Shown here piece after piece: positions 17,884 through 27,584 of a stretch of DNA of 64,000 nt. The position numbers were made by a program, and so were the translations under genes. The stretch's first letter is position 1. Each line of letters begins with the position of its first letter. The stretch comes from Candidatus Melainabacteria bacterium 17Bon1m (GTDB lineage: Bacteria; Cyanobacteriota; Vampirovibrionia; Obscuribacterales; Obscuribacteraceae). The DNA is taken from assembly GCA_032128875.1 (NCBI GenBank), contig JAVLKG010000013.1, positions 45,610 through 109,609 of the forward strand, written 5' to 3'. The notes beneath the pieces were generated by a model, which saw only the letters and a program-made list of their open reading frames with translations, was not told where the DNA came from and did not search any database.

Positions 17884-20800
17884 ATGTCAGACCAAAATGA
17901 CAAAAGCAATTCGGGTGCAGTGATTGTGCTCGACGATTGCAGTGATGCATCGAATTGGGAGGTGCATGCGACCGAAGGTGTCGTTGCGCTGGTCGAGGTC
18001 GTTGACAGCGAGGGAAGTGACGGGCACAAGAGCCTGCGCAAAAACCTGCGACTGGACTACGACTTCAACGGACGAGCGGGTTTCGCGCTCATCCGCAAGA
18101 AGGTGGAGCTCGCGCTCCCCGAAAATTACGCGCTGACGTTCGGCGTTCGCGGGCAGTCGCCCGACAACACGCTCGAACTGAAGCTCGTCAATGAGGCTCA
18201 GGACACGGTCTGGTGGGTTAATCGCCCCAGCTTCAAGTTCCCCTCCGAGACAGTCGAGCTGCGCAACAAGGCGCGCCACTTCTCGTATGCATGGGGACCG
18301 GACAAGTCTCGTCTTGTCGATGTTCGCTACATCGAGCTCTGCGTGACTGCCACCAATGGCGGCAAGGGTTCTGTGTGGTTCGACAATCTCACGTTCCAAG
18401 AGCTCCCGCTGCCCGGAACCGAGATGCCCGTGACCGCTTCGGCTACTTCTCGCTTGAGCGATAAGCACGATGCGCAGTGTGCTGTCGATGGACTCGACCA
18501 CACTTTCTGGCACTCAGGTAAAGCGGAGAAGCAGGACTTTGTGCTCGATTTCGGTGCCAACCGCGAGTTCGGCGGTCTGGTAATCGACTTTGGCGCCAAG
18601 GATTACCCTCGTCGATACTCCGTGGAAACCCGCTTGGATGGCGCCAAGAAGTGGACTGTTCTGCATGCTGTGAAGAACGGCAAGAACGGTCGCGCGTATG
18701 TCATGGCGACGGAGTCCGAAGGTCGCTACCTGCGCATCAAGCTGCGCAAATCCAGTCGCAGTGCCGGCTACAGCATTCGCAACGTAGAAGTGAAGCCGCT
18801 CGCGTTCGGCAAGGGCGCCAGCGATTTCTTCATGAACGTGGCTGCCGATAGCAGGCACGGTCTATATCCGCGCCATCTGCTCGCAGAACAGTGCTACTGG
18901 ACGATCACCGGTGTCGAGACCGACACGAAGAAAGCGCTCATCAACGAAGACGCGCTGGTCGAGACTGAGAAGCTCGGTTTCACGCTTGAGCCTTTCATCC
19001 ACACAGCCGGCAAACTGCTGACGTGGAAAGAAGGCACTCACGAGCAGACGCTGGAAGACGGTTATTTGCCTGTGCCGACTGTCGAGCGCAAGCACGACGG
19101 ACTTTCGCTGAAAACGCGGACGTGGGCGCTGGGCAAGCCGGGTGAGTCGGTTTTGTTTGTCGGCTACGAGCTGACGAACACGGGCGCCGAAGCGCAGTCT
19201 GGTAAGCTGATGCTCGCTGTTCGACCCTTTCAGGTCAATCCGACCTGGCAGTTCTTGAACGCTCCCGGCGGTTTCTCGCCCATACGTTCGATCAAGCGCA
19301 AGAGCAATACCGTCGTAGTCAACGATGACAAACTCGTGATTGAATGCGGCGTCGACGACCCGACCCGCGTGAACACTGCGGTTGAGCGTGGCAGATTCGG
19401 TGCCACCACTCTTGATGAGGGTGATATCGGTTTTCACCTCGCGAAGGGCGAACTGCCTGAGAAGAGCGAAGCTGCCGATGCGAACGGTTTTGCATCGGGC
19501 GCACTCGTTTACGACTTCGACTTGCCGGCTGGTGCCACTAAGAAGGTGGTGCTCGCCGTTCCGTTCCACGCAAGCTACGACAAAAAGCTGGTCGGCATGG
19601 CAGCGCTCAAGTCTCGTGATCAGGCGGTCGACTATTGGCGCAAGCGTCTGGCGCGGGTGAACATCACCCTTCCGCCGGCGGCTCAGGATTTGGAATTGAC
19701 GTACAAGGCGCAGGCAGGTTACATCCTGCTCAATCGCAAGGGCGTCGGAATCCAGCCTGGCGTGCGCTGCTACGACCGCTCCTGGGCGCGCGATGGTGCG
19801 CTCACGTCGTCCGCGCTTCTGCAGCTCGGGTACAACGAAGAGGTACGCGACTTCATCAACTGGTACGCGAAGTTCCAGTTCGACTCCGGCAAAATTCCTT
19901 GCTGCGTCGATCACCGTGGCGCCGACCCGACGCCGGAGCACGACAGCTGCGGCGAGTTTATCTATCTCGTTGCGGAATATTACCGCTACACGGGCGACAA
20001 GCAGATGCTGTACAGCATGTTCCAGCGCGTTCTTCGCGCAGTGGGATATCTGGAGAGCTTGCTCGCGCAGACGCGCACGCCTGAGTTCGACAAGGAGGAG
20101 AATCGCCACCTGCGCGGACTCCTGCCGCCTTCTATTTCGCACGAAGGCTATTCGGACAAGCCTGCATATTCGTACTGGGATGACTTCTGGTGCTTGAAAG
20201 GGCTGCGCGATGCAGTGTTTCTCACCAAAGAATTCCACGGTGCGTCGCACAAGCTTACGGCTGAGATGGAGCGCATCGCCGAGCAGTTCCGCAAGGACTT
20301 CTTCGCGTCGATTGAAGCGTGCAAAGTCAAATACGGTTTTGACACCATTGTCGGTGCCGCAGACCGAGGCGACAAAGACGCTTGCTCGACGACAATCGCG
20401 CTGGACCCGGGGCTTCTTGCCACCGAGTTGCGCGGCGATCTCGATCGCACGTTCAAAGAATACTGGTCGTTCTTCTACTCGCGCATGGCGCCCTACGGTC
20501 AGTGGGACGGCTATACACCCTACGAAACGCGCGCCATCGGCTCGCTGATTCGTCTGGGTTATCGCGAGTGGGCGCACAAGACGCTGGAATTCTTCATGCC
20601 CCATCGTCGCCCGCAGGGATGGCGTCACTGGGCAGAGTGTGTCTTCCGAGACCCGCTCAAGCCGCAGTTCATCGGCGATATGCCGCACACCTGGGTGGGC
20701 TCCGACTTCGTGCGTTCGGTGCGATCGATGATCGCTTACGAGCGCGAAGATGGATGTCTGGTCATCGGCGGCGGCTGGCGTTTTGACTGGATGCATCATC

Positions 20801-21027
20801 CGGGCGAAACGAAAATCGTCGACATGCCGACCGAATTCGGCAAAATCAGCTTCTCCGCTAAGCGCAGCGGTTATCGTCTCTTCCTTCGCATTGAAGGCGA
20901 AGTGAAGAACAAAGTGGTGCTGGCGCTGCCATATTGGAATCACGGCGTGAGCATCAATGGACGTCCGGGGGTTCTCGAGATTCCGGTCGGGCAGCTGCCT
21001 GCCGAAGTCGTCGTCGAACTCGCCTGA
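17884..21027 (+). CDS. Discoidin (F5/8 type C) domain + (alpha/alpha)6 glycoside hydrolase-like protein
   Basis: N-terminal CBM-like region; AVDG...T.W.S...LDFG..REFGG discoidin motif; C-terminal PG.R.Y.RSW.RDG, EHDS.GE, SISHEGY...YSYWDDFW, YTPYE.R and GDMPH.W motifs. Confidence 0.82.
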   Translation: MSDQNDKSNSGAVIVLDDCSDASNWEVHATEGVVALVEVVDSEGSDGHKSLRKNLRLDYDFNGRAGFALIRKKVELALPENYALTFGVRGQSPDNTLELKLVNEAQDTVWWVNRPSFKFPSETVELRNKARHFSYAWGPDKSRLVDVRYIELCVTATNGGKGSVWFDNLTFQELPLPGTEMPVTASATSRLSDKHDAQCAVDGLDHTFWHSGKAEKQDFVLDFGANREFGGLVIDFGAKDYPRRYSVETRLDGAKKWTVLHAVKNGKNGRAYVMATESEGRYLRIKLRKSSRSAGYSIRNVEVKPLAFGKGASDFFMNVAADSRHGLYPRHLLAEQCYWTITGVETDTKKALINEDALVETEKLGFTLEPFIHTAGKLLTWKEGTHEQTLEDGYLPVPTVERKHDGLSLKTRTWALGKPGESVLFVGYELTNTGAEAQSGKLMLAVRPFQVNPTWQFLNAPGGFSPIRSIKRKSNTVVVNDDKLVIECGVDDPTRVNTAVERGRFGATTLDEGDIGFHLAKGELPEKSEAADANGFASGALVYDFDLPAGATKKVVLAVPFHASYDKKLVGMAALKSRDQAVDYWRKRLARVNITLPPAAQDLELTYKAQAGYILLNRKGVGIQPGVRCYDRSWARDGALTSSALLQLGYNEEVRDFINWYAKFQFDSGKIPCCVDHRGADPTPEHDSCGEFIYLVAEYYRYTGDKQMLYSMFQRVLRAVGYLESLLAQTRTPEFDKEENRHLRGLLPPSISHEGYSDKPAYSYWDDFWCLKGLRDAVFLTKEFHGASHKLTAEMERIAEQFRKDFFASIEACKVKYGFDTIVGAADRGDKDACSTTIALDPGLLATELRGDLDRTFKEYWSFFYSRMAPYGQWDGYTPYETRAIGSLIRLGYREWAHKTLEFFMPHRRPQGWRHWAECVFRDPLKPQFIGDMPHTWVGSDFVRSVRSMIAYEREDGCLVIGGGWRFDWMHHPGETKIVDMPTEFGKISFSAKRSGYRLFLRIEGEVKNKVVLALPYWNHGVSINGRPGVLEIPVGQLPAEVVVELA

Positions 21028-21158
21028 GGCGTTTTACGACTTGAAACCGCGGAGGTGGCAGTAATGCTGTCTCTGCGGATTTCAATTTGAACTCCAAATG
21101 TTAATGCTGCCGAGGACTCGTTGTGCCCCGGCAAACTGCAAATGTCTCACCCCTTTAT

Positions 21159-21211
21159 GTAGGGGCAGCGCATGCGCCGCCCAGTCAGGGAGCCGCATGC
21201 GGCTCCCCTAC
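21159..21211. repeat. GTAG-family REP doublet (REPIN-like)
   Basis: GTAGGGGCAGCGCATGCGCCGCCC-AGTCA-GGGAGCCGCATGCGGCTCCCCTAC; two inverted REP hairpins bounded by GTAG...CTAC. Confidence 0.85.
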
Positions 21212-21240
21212 AAACGAGGATTTGAGTAAAGGACAGGAGT

Positions 21241-22929
21241 ATGAATACGCATGGAAAAACTATAAGGCGAACCCTCGGGCTCGTTAAACTGTTCTGGCTC
21301 GGCGACCGCAAATGGGTCGCCTGGGGCTGGTTGTCGCTGGTGCTGGCAATGCTTGTCGGCATCAACATCCTGAATGTTCAGATCAGCTACGCCGAGCGCG
21401 CCGTGCTCACGTCGCTGCAAGAAAAGCACCAACTCGAGTTCTGGCATAGCATCATCAAGTACGCCTTGATCTTCGCTATCGGTACCCCGTTGGTCGGTCT
21501 ATTCGGCTGGGTCAAAGGCAAGTTGCACATGGCCTGGCGAGACTGGCTTACCAGGCATCTCCTGGCGAAGTACTACGACAACGATCACTTCCACAGCATC
21601 AACGGCGACCCCAGAGTGGACAATCCGGATCAGCGCCTCCAGCAGGATGTGACGCTGGTCTGCGACAAAGTGATGACGATTTCACTGGCGCTCATCGACA
21701 GTGCGATGGCGTTCAGCGCGTTCATCACCATTCTCTGGCTGATCTCGCCCACGCTTGTGTTCGTTGCCGTCGGCTATGCCGCGTTCGGCACATTCATCAT
21801 GATGTACTTCGGCAAGCGCCTGATTGGGCTCAACTTCCAGCAAGAAAGGCTGGAGGCTGATTTCCGCCGTCACTTAATGTACACGCGCGAGCATGCGACT
21901 TCGATCGCCAGCTATCGCGGTGCAGAACGTGAGCACAAGGGCGTCTCCGAACGCTTCAGGCAAGTGTTGTCCAACTGGAACGGTGTTCTTAGTTGGCAGC
22001 GTAACCTGACGCTTTTCCGTGTCGGGTACGACTACGCCATCATCGTTGTTCCGATGGTGCTGACTGCGCCGCTTTTCTTCGCCGGAACAACGGACGTCGG
22101 TGCCGTCTTTCAGGCAGGCACGTCCTTCGGGCGCGTGCTGGGTGCGCTGTCGGTCTTCGTCGGTCAGTTCATGCTGATTGCCGAACTCGCCGCGAGCGTG
22201 CAGCGTCTGGGTTCGTTCAATGAGATTCTCGACCAGCGCCACGATGCAAAATGCCCTCCCGAGGGCGATTGCGATATCGAGCGCGGTCTTACGGACAATG
22301 GGCTTGTGGTGTCGAACGTCTCTGTTCTGACGCCCGATCGCAAGCGCCGCCTCATGTCCGGCTTGACCTTCGCCATCAATGCAGGCGACAGGCTGATCAT
22401 TACAGGACCGTCCGGCGTCGGCAAAAGCTCGCTGCTCAAAGCCATCGCTGGTCTCTGGAATGCTGGCGCGGGGCGCATCGACGCACCGTCCAAGGAAGAT
22501 GTTCTCTTCCTGCCGCAGAAGCCCTACATGCCGTTGGGCACGTTGCGCGACCAGCTCACTTATCCGGGACGCGGTGAAACTCCCACCGATGCGGAGCTGA
22601 TCGAGCGGCTGCGTATGGTCAATCTGTCGGAGTTTGTCGAACGTTTTGGCCTGGATGAAATCCATCCGTGGTCCGACACGATTTCGCTCGGCGAGCAGCA
22701 GCGCATTGCGTTTTTGCGCATGTTGAACGCCGGTCCGAAACTGGCAATCCTCGACGAAGCTACCAGCTCGCTGGATTCGCAAAACGAATCGAGACTGTAC
22801 GATCTTGTCACCGCTAGCGGTATCACGGTCGTATCTGTCGCCCACCGCGCCGAGCTGCTCAAGCATCACAATAAGGTGCTGGAAATCAAAGGTGGTGACA
22901 ATTGGACATTTGCGCAGAACCCACAATAG
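21241..22929 (+). CDS. Fused ABC transporter permease/ATP-binding protein (ABCD/YddA-like)
   Basis: WR.WLT, DNPDQR..QD, EADFR; Walker A GPSGVGKSS; FLPQKPY..GTLRDQL.YP; SLGEQQR; ILDEATS.LD. Confidence 0.93.
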   Translation: MNTHGKTIRRTLGLVKLFWLGDRKWVAWGWLSLVLAMLVGINILNVQISYAERAVLTSLQEKHQLEFWHSIIKYALIFAIGTPLVGLFGWVKGKLHMAWRDWLTRHLLAKYYDNDHFHSINGDPRVDNPDQRLQQDVTLVCDKVMTISLALIDSAMAFSAFITILWLISPTLVFVAVGYAAFGTFIMMYFGKRLIGLNFQQERLEADFRRHLMYTREHATSIASYRGAEREHKGVSERFRQVLSNWNGVLSWQRNLTLFRVGYDYAIIVVPMVLTAPLFFAGTTDVGAVFQAGTSFGRVLGALSVFVGQFMLIAELAASVQRLGSFNEILDQRHDAKCPPEGDCDIERGLTDNGLVVSNVSVLTPDRKRRLMSGLTFAINAGDRLIITGPSGVGKSSLLKAIAGLWNAGAGRIDAPSKEDVLFLPQKPYMPLGTLRDQLTYPGRGETPTDAELIERLRMVNLSEFVERFGLDEIHPWSDTISLGEQQRIAFLRMLNAGPKLAILDEATSSLDSQNESRLYDLVTASGITVVSVAHRAELLKHHNKVLEIKGGDNWTFAQNPQ

Positions 22930-23004
22930 CTGTGCAAATTAAAAGGGGCGACGCTCTGCGTCACCCCTGCAGGGAATTCGCGTTGCGAGCTCCCTTAAAG
23001 AGTC

Positions 23005-23040
23005 GGGGGGAGGTGTGCGTGGGTTACACCTCCCTCCTTT
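23005..23040 (+). terminator. Probable terminator (last of three hairpins in 22944-23040)
   Basis: GGGGGGAGGTGT...ACACCTCCCTCC followed by TTT. Confidence 0.5.
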
Positions 23041-23165
23041 CTCTCGTTAGGGAATTAGACGCAGCGACTTTGCTGAGGTTCCCGCGCGAGAAACGTGTAC
23101 TGTGGCTGGTTTTAACACCAGTGCCTGTTTTTGCTAAACTCTCTGGACAATATTTGAGAGGTGAG

Positions 23166-23876
23166 ATGAAACATTCGCGATCTGCAGGCGCCGCCTTGCT
23201 CTTTGCAAGCCTGGTCCTGGCCTTAGCCCCCGTTTTATCGCAAAGCATTTTTCCCGATTTGCCCCAGGCGTCGAACAACATCGATCGCTTTGAAGGCGAG
23301 ATCAAAGCCTACGAGGCGAAAGACAAAACTAAGCCGGTCAAGCCTGGTGAAACGCTTTTCGTCGGAAGCTCGACATTTAGATTGTGGCCCAATCTGGAGA
23401 AAGAGTTTCAGTCCGAACACGCAGTCAATCGCGCCTTTGGTGGAGCAACTATCGATGAGATCAATCACTATGCCAACCGCATTGTGATTCCGTACAAGCC
23501 GAGCCGTATTGTCTTTTACGCCGGCACTAACGATCTTGCCGATGGTGATTCCGCCAAGGACGTGTATCGCGACTTCATGCAGTTCGAGCGCATTGTGCAT
23601 AAGGCGCTGCCCGAGACGAAGATCTATTTCGTGTCGGTCAACCCCGGACCGAGTCGTGTGAAGCTGCAAAAGCTCTATGACGAGACTAATTCGCTCGTCA
23701 GTGCAGAAGCGCAGCGTTCGCATAAGTTTAAGTTCGTGGATATTCGCCCTGTTATGTACGACTCGAAAGGACGGCTCAAGGAGCAGCTTTTCGGTTTCGA
23801 CAGGCTGCATATGAACAAGTCTGGTCAAGATCTTTGGGAGCCGATCATTCGAGACGCTCTCGCCAAGGATAAATGA
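23166..23876 (+). CDS. Secreted GDSL/SGNH-family esterase
   Basis: Signal peptide; FVGSSTFRLW, NRAFGG, YAGTND and DRLHMN blocks. Confidence 0.88.
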   Translation: MKHSRSAGAALLFASLVLALAPVLSQSIFPDLPQASNNIDRFEGEIKAYEAKDKTKPVKPGETLFVGSSTFRLWPNLEKEFQSEHAVNRAFGGATIDEINHYANRIVIPYKPSRIVFYAGTNDLADGDSAKDVYRDFMQFERIVHKALPETKIYFVSVNPGPSRVKLQKLYDETNSLVSAEAQRSHKFKFVDIRPVMYDSKGRLKEQLFGFDRLHMNKSGQDLWEPIIRDALAKDK

Positions 23877-24086
23877 CGACACTCGCTCGAATTATGAAAT
23901 CGCAAATTATCGGCGCATTGGCAGACGCTGTGCGCAATTCGTATGTTCGACGATAGTTGCAGATAACTGCAATTTATCGTCGAACAGGCGTGCTTGCTTG
24001 GATTTATCAGCCCTCTTTTTTGCTTGCTGCTTAGGTATTTCTATCTTGGGCATGGTGCTACTAGTGTATGTAGCAGAAATTGTGCG

Positions 24087-24139
24087 AAAAACAATCGTGG
24101 GGCAGCGAAGATCCGTTAGGAATCTTGCCGCCCCACGAT
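24087..24139 (-). terminator. Terminator closing the CDF/lipoprotein operon
   Basis: ATCGTGGGGCAGC...GCCGCCCCACGAT stem with an A-run on its left (U-tail on the minus strand). Confidence 0.6.
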
Positions 24140-24175
24140 GGGTTCACTGACTATCAGTCACGCACGGATGGTGCG

Positions 24176-24538
24176 TTATTGGAAGTCGTGAGTTTCCGAT
24201 TTCCCGTTGTGCGTGATGGTCACGCGCAGGAAGTCCGGCAGGATGTACTGGCTGATGACGCGGACACGCGGCGCCTGCTCGAGGTCGACCGTGAAGTTCT
24301 GCGGCATGTGCTCAGCACCACGTGTGCCCTGCCCCGGTGTGCGGGAGAAGGTGACTTCGTACTTGCCGGGTTCGTAGAACGTCAGCGTGAAGGTGTCGTC
24401 CGTCCCGCGCGAGCGAGACTGATGATACTCCGCCAGAATGGTGCCCTCGAAGTACGACGCTTTGGCATCGTACTGCTGGCATCCTGTCAGCGTCAGAGCT
24501 GCAACGAGCAGCATGACGACTGCGAGAAGACGTTTCAT
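24176..24538 (-). CDS. Hypothetical lipoprotein (paralog of 36051-36494)
   Basis: Lipobox LTGC; C-terminus LPDFLRVTITHNGKSETHDF. Confidence 0.8.
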   Translation of the reverse strand: MKRLLAVVMLLVAALTLTGCQQYDAKASYFEGTILAEYHQSRSRGTDDTFTLTFYEPGKYEVTFSRTPGQGTRGAEHMPQNFTVDLEQAPRVRVISQYILPDFLRVTITHNGKSETHDFQ

Positions 24539-24625
24539 TGGCTTTACTTTCTCTTTGGGGAGGCCACCGTTTGGTCGCCTCCGAATTGATGAGTTCTGGC
24601 TTTAGATGAGGACCGTCCTCACCTT

Positions 24626-25237
24626 CTACCGGAACTGCTCGACGATGTAGCTGCCGCCGATGACGAGCGCTTCGCTGATGCCGTTGACCTTGAGCGTGAT
24701 GCGCTGGTCACCGGTCGAGTAGCTGTCGGCATACCAGGTGCCGATGAGGACGCCATCGCTGTATGCCGTCACCTTGTACTTCGAGCCGTCCGACTTGCCC
24801 TCCAGATTGGCGCCGATGTGGCGCAAAATGTAGGTGCCGCCGAAGACGATTTGCTCGACATTGCCGTTGACGCGCAACAACACCTTGCCGCTGCCGGTCG
24901 AGATGGAAGAGGCGTTGACGGTCTCCACGACCTTGCCGCCGCTGTAGAGTTCGGCGACGTACTTGGTGGCCGCTGCGGAATTGTCGGTGGCGCGCGCGTC
25001 GGAGCGACGCACGGAGAAGGTTCCGCCGACGATGTTCTGGCGATTGTTGGCGATGTTGGCGATGATTCGCCCATCGCCCGAGCTGTAGCTCGATGCGTCG
25101 AAGGCGCTGACTGCTTGCCCGCCGCTGTAAGCCTTTACGGCATACGTGGTGGGCGGAGAATCACCACAGCCTGCCAGCGTGAGCAGCAGGAAGCCGGTGA
25201 GAACTGCAGTCGCGATGGTCCTTGCGAATTTGAACAT
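24626..25237 (-). CDS. Lipoprotein with 3 copies of an unnamed Y-x-V-x-(L/A)-Y-S-x-G repeat
   Basis: Lipobox LAGC; repeats begin TYAVKAYSGG, KYVAELYSGG and KYKVTAYSDG, each ending GG(T/S)(F/Y); AGGAG RBS. Confidence 0.88.
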   Translation of the reverse strand: MFKFARTIATAVLTGFLLLTLAGCGDSPPTTYAVKAYSGGQAVSAFDASSYSSGDGRIIANIANNRQNIVGGTFSVRRSDARATDNSAAATKYVAELYSGGKVVETVNASSISTGSGKVLLRVNGNVEQIVFGGTYILRHIGANLEGKSDGSKYKVTAYSDGVLIGTWYADSYSTGDQRITLKVNGISEALVIGGSYIVEQFR

Positions 25238-25318
25238 TTGACAGTCTCCTCTTGAAACCTCCCAAGTCGGTTCACGCGCATCAACGAGATGCGCATGACA
25301 CCCGGCTTGGAGAAAGAA

Positions 25319-25924
25319 TTAGCGAATCTGCTGGATCTGATACTGTCCGCCGATGATCAGGGCATTGTCGATGCCGTTGATCTTCAGAACCAAGCCGCCG
25401 CCCTGCGACGTCGAATGGCTGTCGGCGAACCAGGTACCGACGACTGCGCCGTCGTTGTGCAGCGTCACCTTGTAGCGTGCCGTGTCCGGCGTGCCGGCAA
25501 TGTTGGCGCCGATGTGGTGCACCACGTATGTGCCGCTGAAGACTGCGCGCTGGGAATTGTTGATTTCTAGCGAGACGCGGTCGCGATACGAAGTGATGGA
25601 AGAGGCGTCGAACGCGTCGACTTCCTTGCCGCCGCTGTAGAGCATTCCGTGGAAAACCAACGGGCTCGACGACGGCGTGGTGATGTCGGTGCGGCGCATC
25701 GCATAGCCGTTGCTGACGACGACTGAGCGGCCGCCTTCGGCAAGAACGAAGCTTGCCGTGCCGACGTTGTCGACGGACAGAGAGCGCGCTTGGTATTCGC
25801 CGATGCTGTTGCCGAGGCTGTATGCCTTCACGGAGTAACGCGCCGTGTCGTCACAGCCCGTGAGCAGAAGGGCTGCCACCAGCACGAGGCCGGCGGCGAA
25901 AAACTTTCTTGCTGCAGAGAGCAT
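25319..25924 (-). CDS. Lipoprotein with 3 copies of the same repeat
   Basis: Lipobox LTGC; repeats begin RYSVKAYSLG, VFHGMLYSGG and RYKVTLHNDG; closest to 24626-25237 (shared HIGAN, GTW.ADS, LK.NGI..AL.IGG.Y). Confidence 0.88.
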   Translation of the reverse strand: MLSAARKFFAAGLVLVAALLLTGCDDTARYSVKAYSLGNSIGEYQARSLSVDNVGTASFVLAEGGRSVVVSNGYAMRRTDITTPSSSPLVFHGMLYSGGKEVDAFDASSITSYRDRVSLEINNSQRAVFSGTYVVHHIGANIAGTPDTARYKVTLHNDGAVVGTWFADSHSTSQGGGLVLKINGIDNALIIGGQYQIQQIR

Positions 25925-25982
25925 TGATTGGTCCTCTGGTACCGCTGATTTCTTGTCAGTCGGTCCCGTCGTTTGGGTTTCG

Positions 25983-26444
25983 TTAGGTGAGCGGTTCCAT
26001 CAGGAACGTGCCACCGACGATGGTGTATTCCTTGGCCCCTTCGGGCAAAAGATACAGGCCGCTTTTCGAAGGGCTTGCCTGTTCGACATACCATTCGCGG
26101 ATGATGTTGCCGGCGTCGTAGAGCGTCACCTTGTACTTCGACTTCGGTGTGCGCGGCGAATTGGTTGCAGCGTCGATCGGCTCGAGGATGAAGCATCCGC
26201 CCATCACAGTGTAGTGCTGGTCACCTTCCACGTGGACGTACAGTCCACTTTCAGAGGGGCTTCCGGACAATCCGCGGAAGGTGCGGACCGGCACTCCGTT
26301 GTTGAACAGTGTCGCTTTGTAGCGCACCGGAGGCGGTGGCGGAGGTGCTTGCTCGCCATTGCGACGCGGACGCGCAATTAGAGCGACGATGCCGATGATG
26401 GCGAGAACGCCACAGATGATTGCTATAAGAACGTTTCCGTCCAT
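25983..26444 (-). CDS. TM-anchored protein with 2 copies of the same repeat
   Basis: N-terminal TM, poly-Pro linker, repeats RYKATLFNNG and KYKVTLYDAG ending GG(C/T)F.(L/M)EP; GGAG RBS before ATG 26444. Confidence 0.85.
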   Translation of the reverse strand: MDGNVLIAIICGVLAIIGIVALIARPRRNGEQAPPPPPPVRYKATLFNNGVPVRTFRGLSGSPSESGLYVHVEGDQHYTVMGGCFILEPIDAATNSPRTPKSKYKVTLYDAGNIIREWYVEQASPSKSGLYLLPEGAKEYTIVGGTFLMEPLT

Positions 26445-26455
26445 ATTAGTCTCCG

Positions 26456-26968
26456 TTATTTTGGCTGCAGCAAGCACCGAGGTGTTTCGGGTTGCGGAGC
26501 CGCGTTGTTGCCGTCAGGGGACGTCCCGGACGCTTCGACTTTCACCTTGCCGTGGACGATGACGCAGTACTTTGCGCCGGACGTCTGCAGGTAGGTGTTG
26601 CCGTACTGTTCGTCGAACTGTTCGGCATAAATGGTGCGCACAGCGACATCGCCGCTGTAGAGTGTCACCTTCACCTTCGTTGCAGCAGTCGGATTTTGCG
26701 CCGAAGGTGCTCCGTCCGGCTCGATGACGAAAGCATCGCCACCAATGTCGGAAAGCGTCTCTTCGACGCTCTCGGCCAGCTGGAGTTCGTAGTTTTGCGT
26801 GGTAGAAGTGTTCGACTTCGTGTCGTTGAACGACTGAGCCTTCTGCCCCGCTTTGTACAGCGAGACATGGAATTGCTGCGGCGGGCGCAACCATTCCGGT
26901 CCGTGTACGCAACCGGCGATGAGGACCGCAACTACTGCGGTCAGTGCCAGAGTAATGAGCGTTTTCAT
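26456..26968 (-). CDS. Lipoprotein with 2 diverged copies of the same repeat
   Basis: Lipobox IAGC; repeats QFHVSLYKAG...GGDAFVIEP and KVKVTLYSGD...VHGKVKVE. Confidence 0.82.
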   Translation of the reverse strand: MKTLITLALTAVVAVLIAGCVHGPEWLRPPQQFHVSLYKAGQKAQSFNDTKSNTSTTQNYELQLAESVEETLSDIGGDAFVIEPDGAPSAQNPTAATKVKVTLYSGDVAVRTIYAEQFDEQYGNTYLQTSGAKYCVIVHGKVKVEASGTSPDGNNAAPQPETPRCLLQPK

Positions 26969-27092
26969 TAGCTTGCTTTCGGTTAGGGTTTGCAATCCTG
27001 CGCGAAAGTACGCTGGGAGTATCCAGCGCAAACGTCAGGGAAATCGGCAGCCTGACAGGATGTCAGACCGCCGGTTTCAGGGTTGTGAACTG

Positions 27093-27545
27093 TCAGTTCA
27101 GCGGCTCGATGACAAAGGTGCCGCCGACTCTTGTGTAATCGACGCCCTCCGCAGTCTTGATGTAGGCAATGCCTTCGCCTGCTAAGGCGTAGGACGTGTA
27201 CCATTCATGCAAGGCAGTGGTGCCGGAGTAGAGCGTCACCTTGTACCTCGAATCGGGCGCCCGCTTCGTCACCGAAGCAGCGCCTTCCGGCTCGACCACA
27301 AAGGTGCCGTTGACCTGAGTGTACTCGGTCTGTCCGTCGATGAGGATGTAGGCGATGCCTTCACCCGCGGTGCCGCGAGTGCCACGGAATGTGCGCAGCG
27401 GTTCGGCACCGTCTCCGTATACCGTAAGGGTGTATTTGACGGGCGGCGGGGGCGGAGCTTCCGGCGCGCTGTCGCAACCGGTCAGGGCGACCAGCGCGAA
27501 GAGCGCGACTAGACCTGCAAGAGTGCTGCTCAAGAGACGTTTCAT
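27093..27545 (-). CDS. Lipoprotein with 2 copies of the same repeat
   Basis: Lipobox LTGC, poly-Pro linker; repeats KYTLTVYGDG and RYKVTLYSGT, both containing AGEGIAYI and ending GTFV.EP; GAGG RBS. Confidence 0.88.
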   Translation of the reverse strand: MKRLLSSTLAGLVALFALVALTGCDSAPEAPPPPPVKYTLTVYGDGAEPLRTFRGTRGTAGEGIAYILIDGQTEYTQVNGTFVVEPEGAASVTKRAPDSRYKVTLYSGTTALHEWYTSYALAGEGIAYIKTAEGVDYTRVGGTFVIEPLN

Positions 27546-27584
27546 TTTTACCTCGTTTGGTTTTGCTAAAACTGCCCCGGCGCT

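Noticed and set aside
18862-20943. Long antisense ORFs (also 876-1709, 16502-17728, 48122-49465, 61873-63351)
   Set aside because: They are shadows of GC3-rich sense genes, with no motifs or RBS.
23166-23876. SGNH esterase as part of the glucan operon
   Set aside because: It is separated by three hairpins including a probable terminator; the linkage is not supportable from sequence alone.
24626-27545. Diversity-generating retroelement behind the paralog array
   Set aside because: No reverse transcriptase, and no near-identical TR/VR pair differing only at adenines; the paralogs are deeply diverged.
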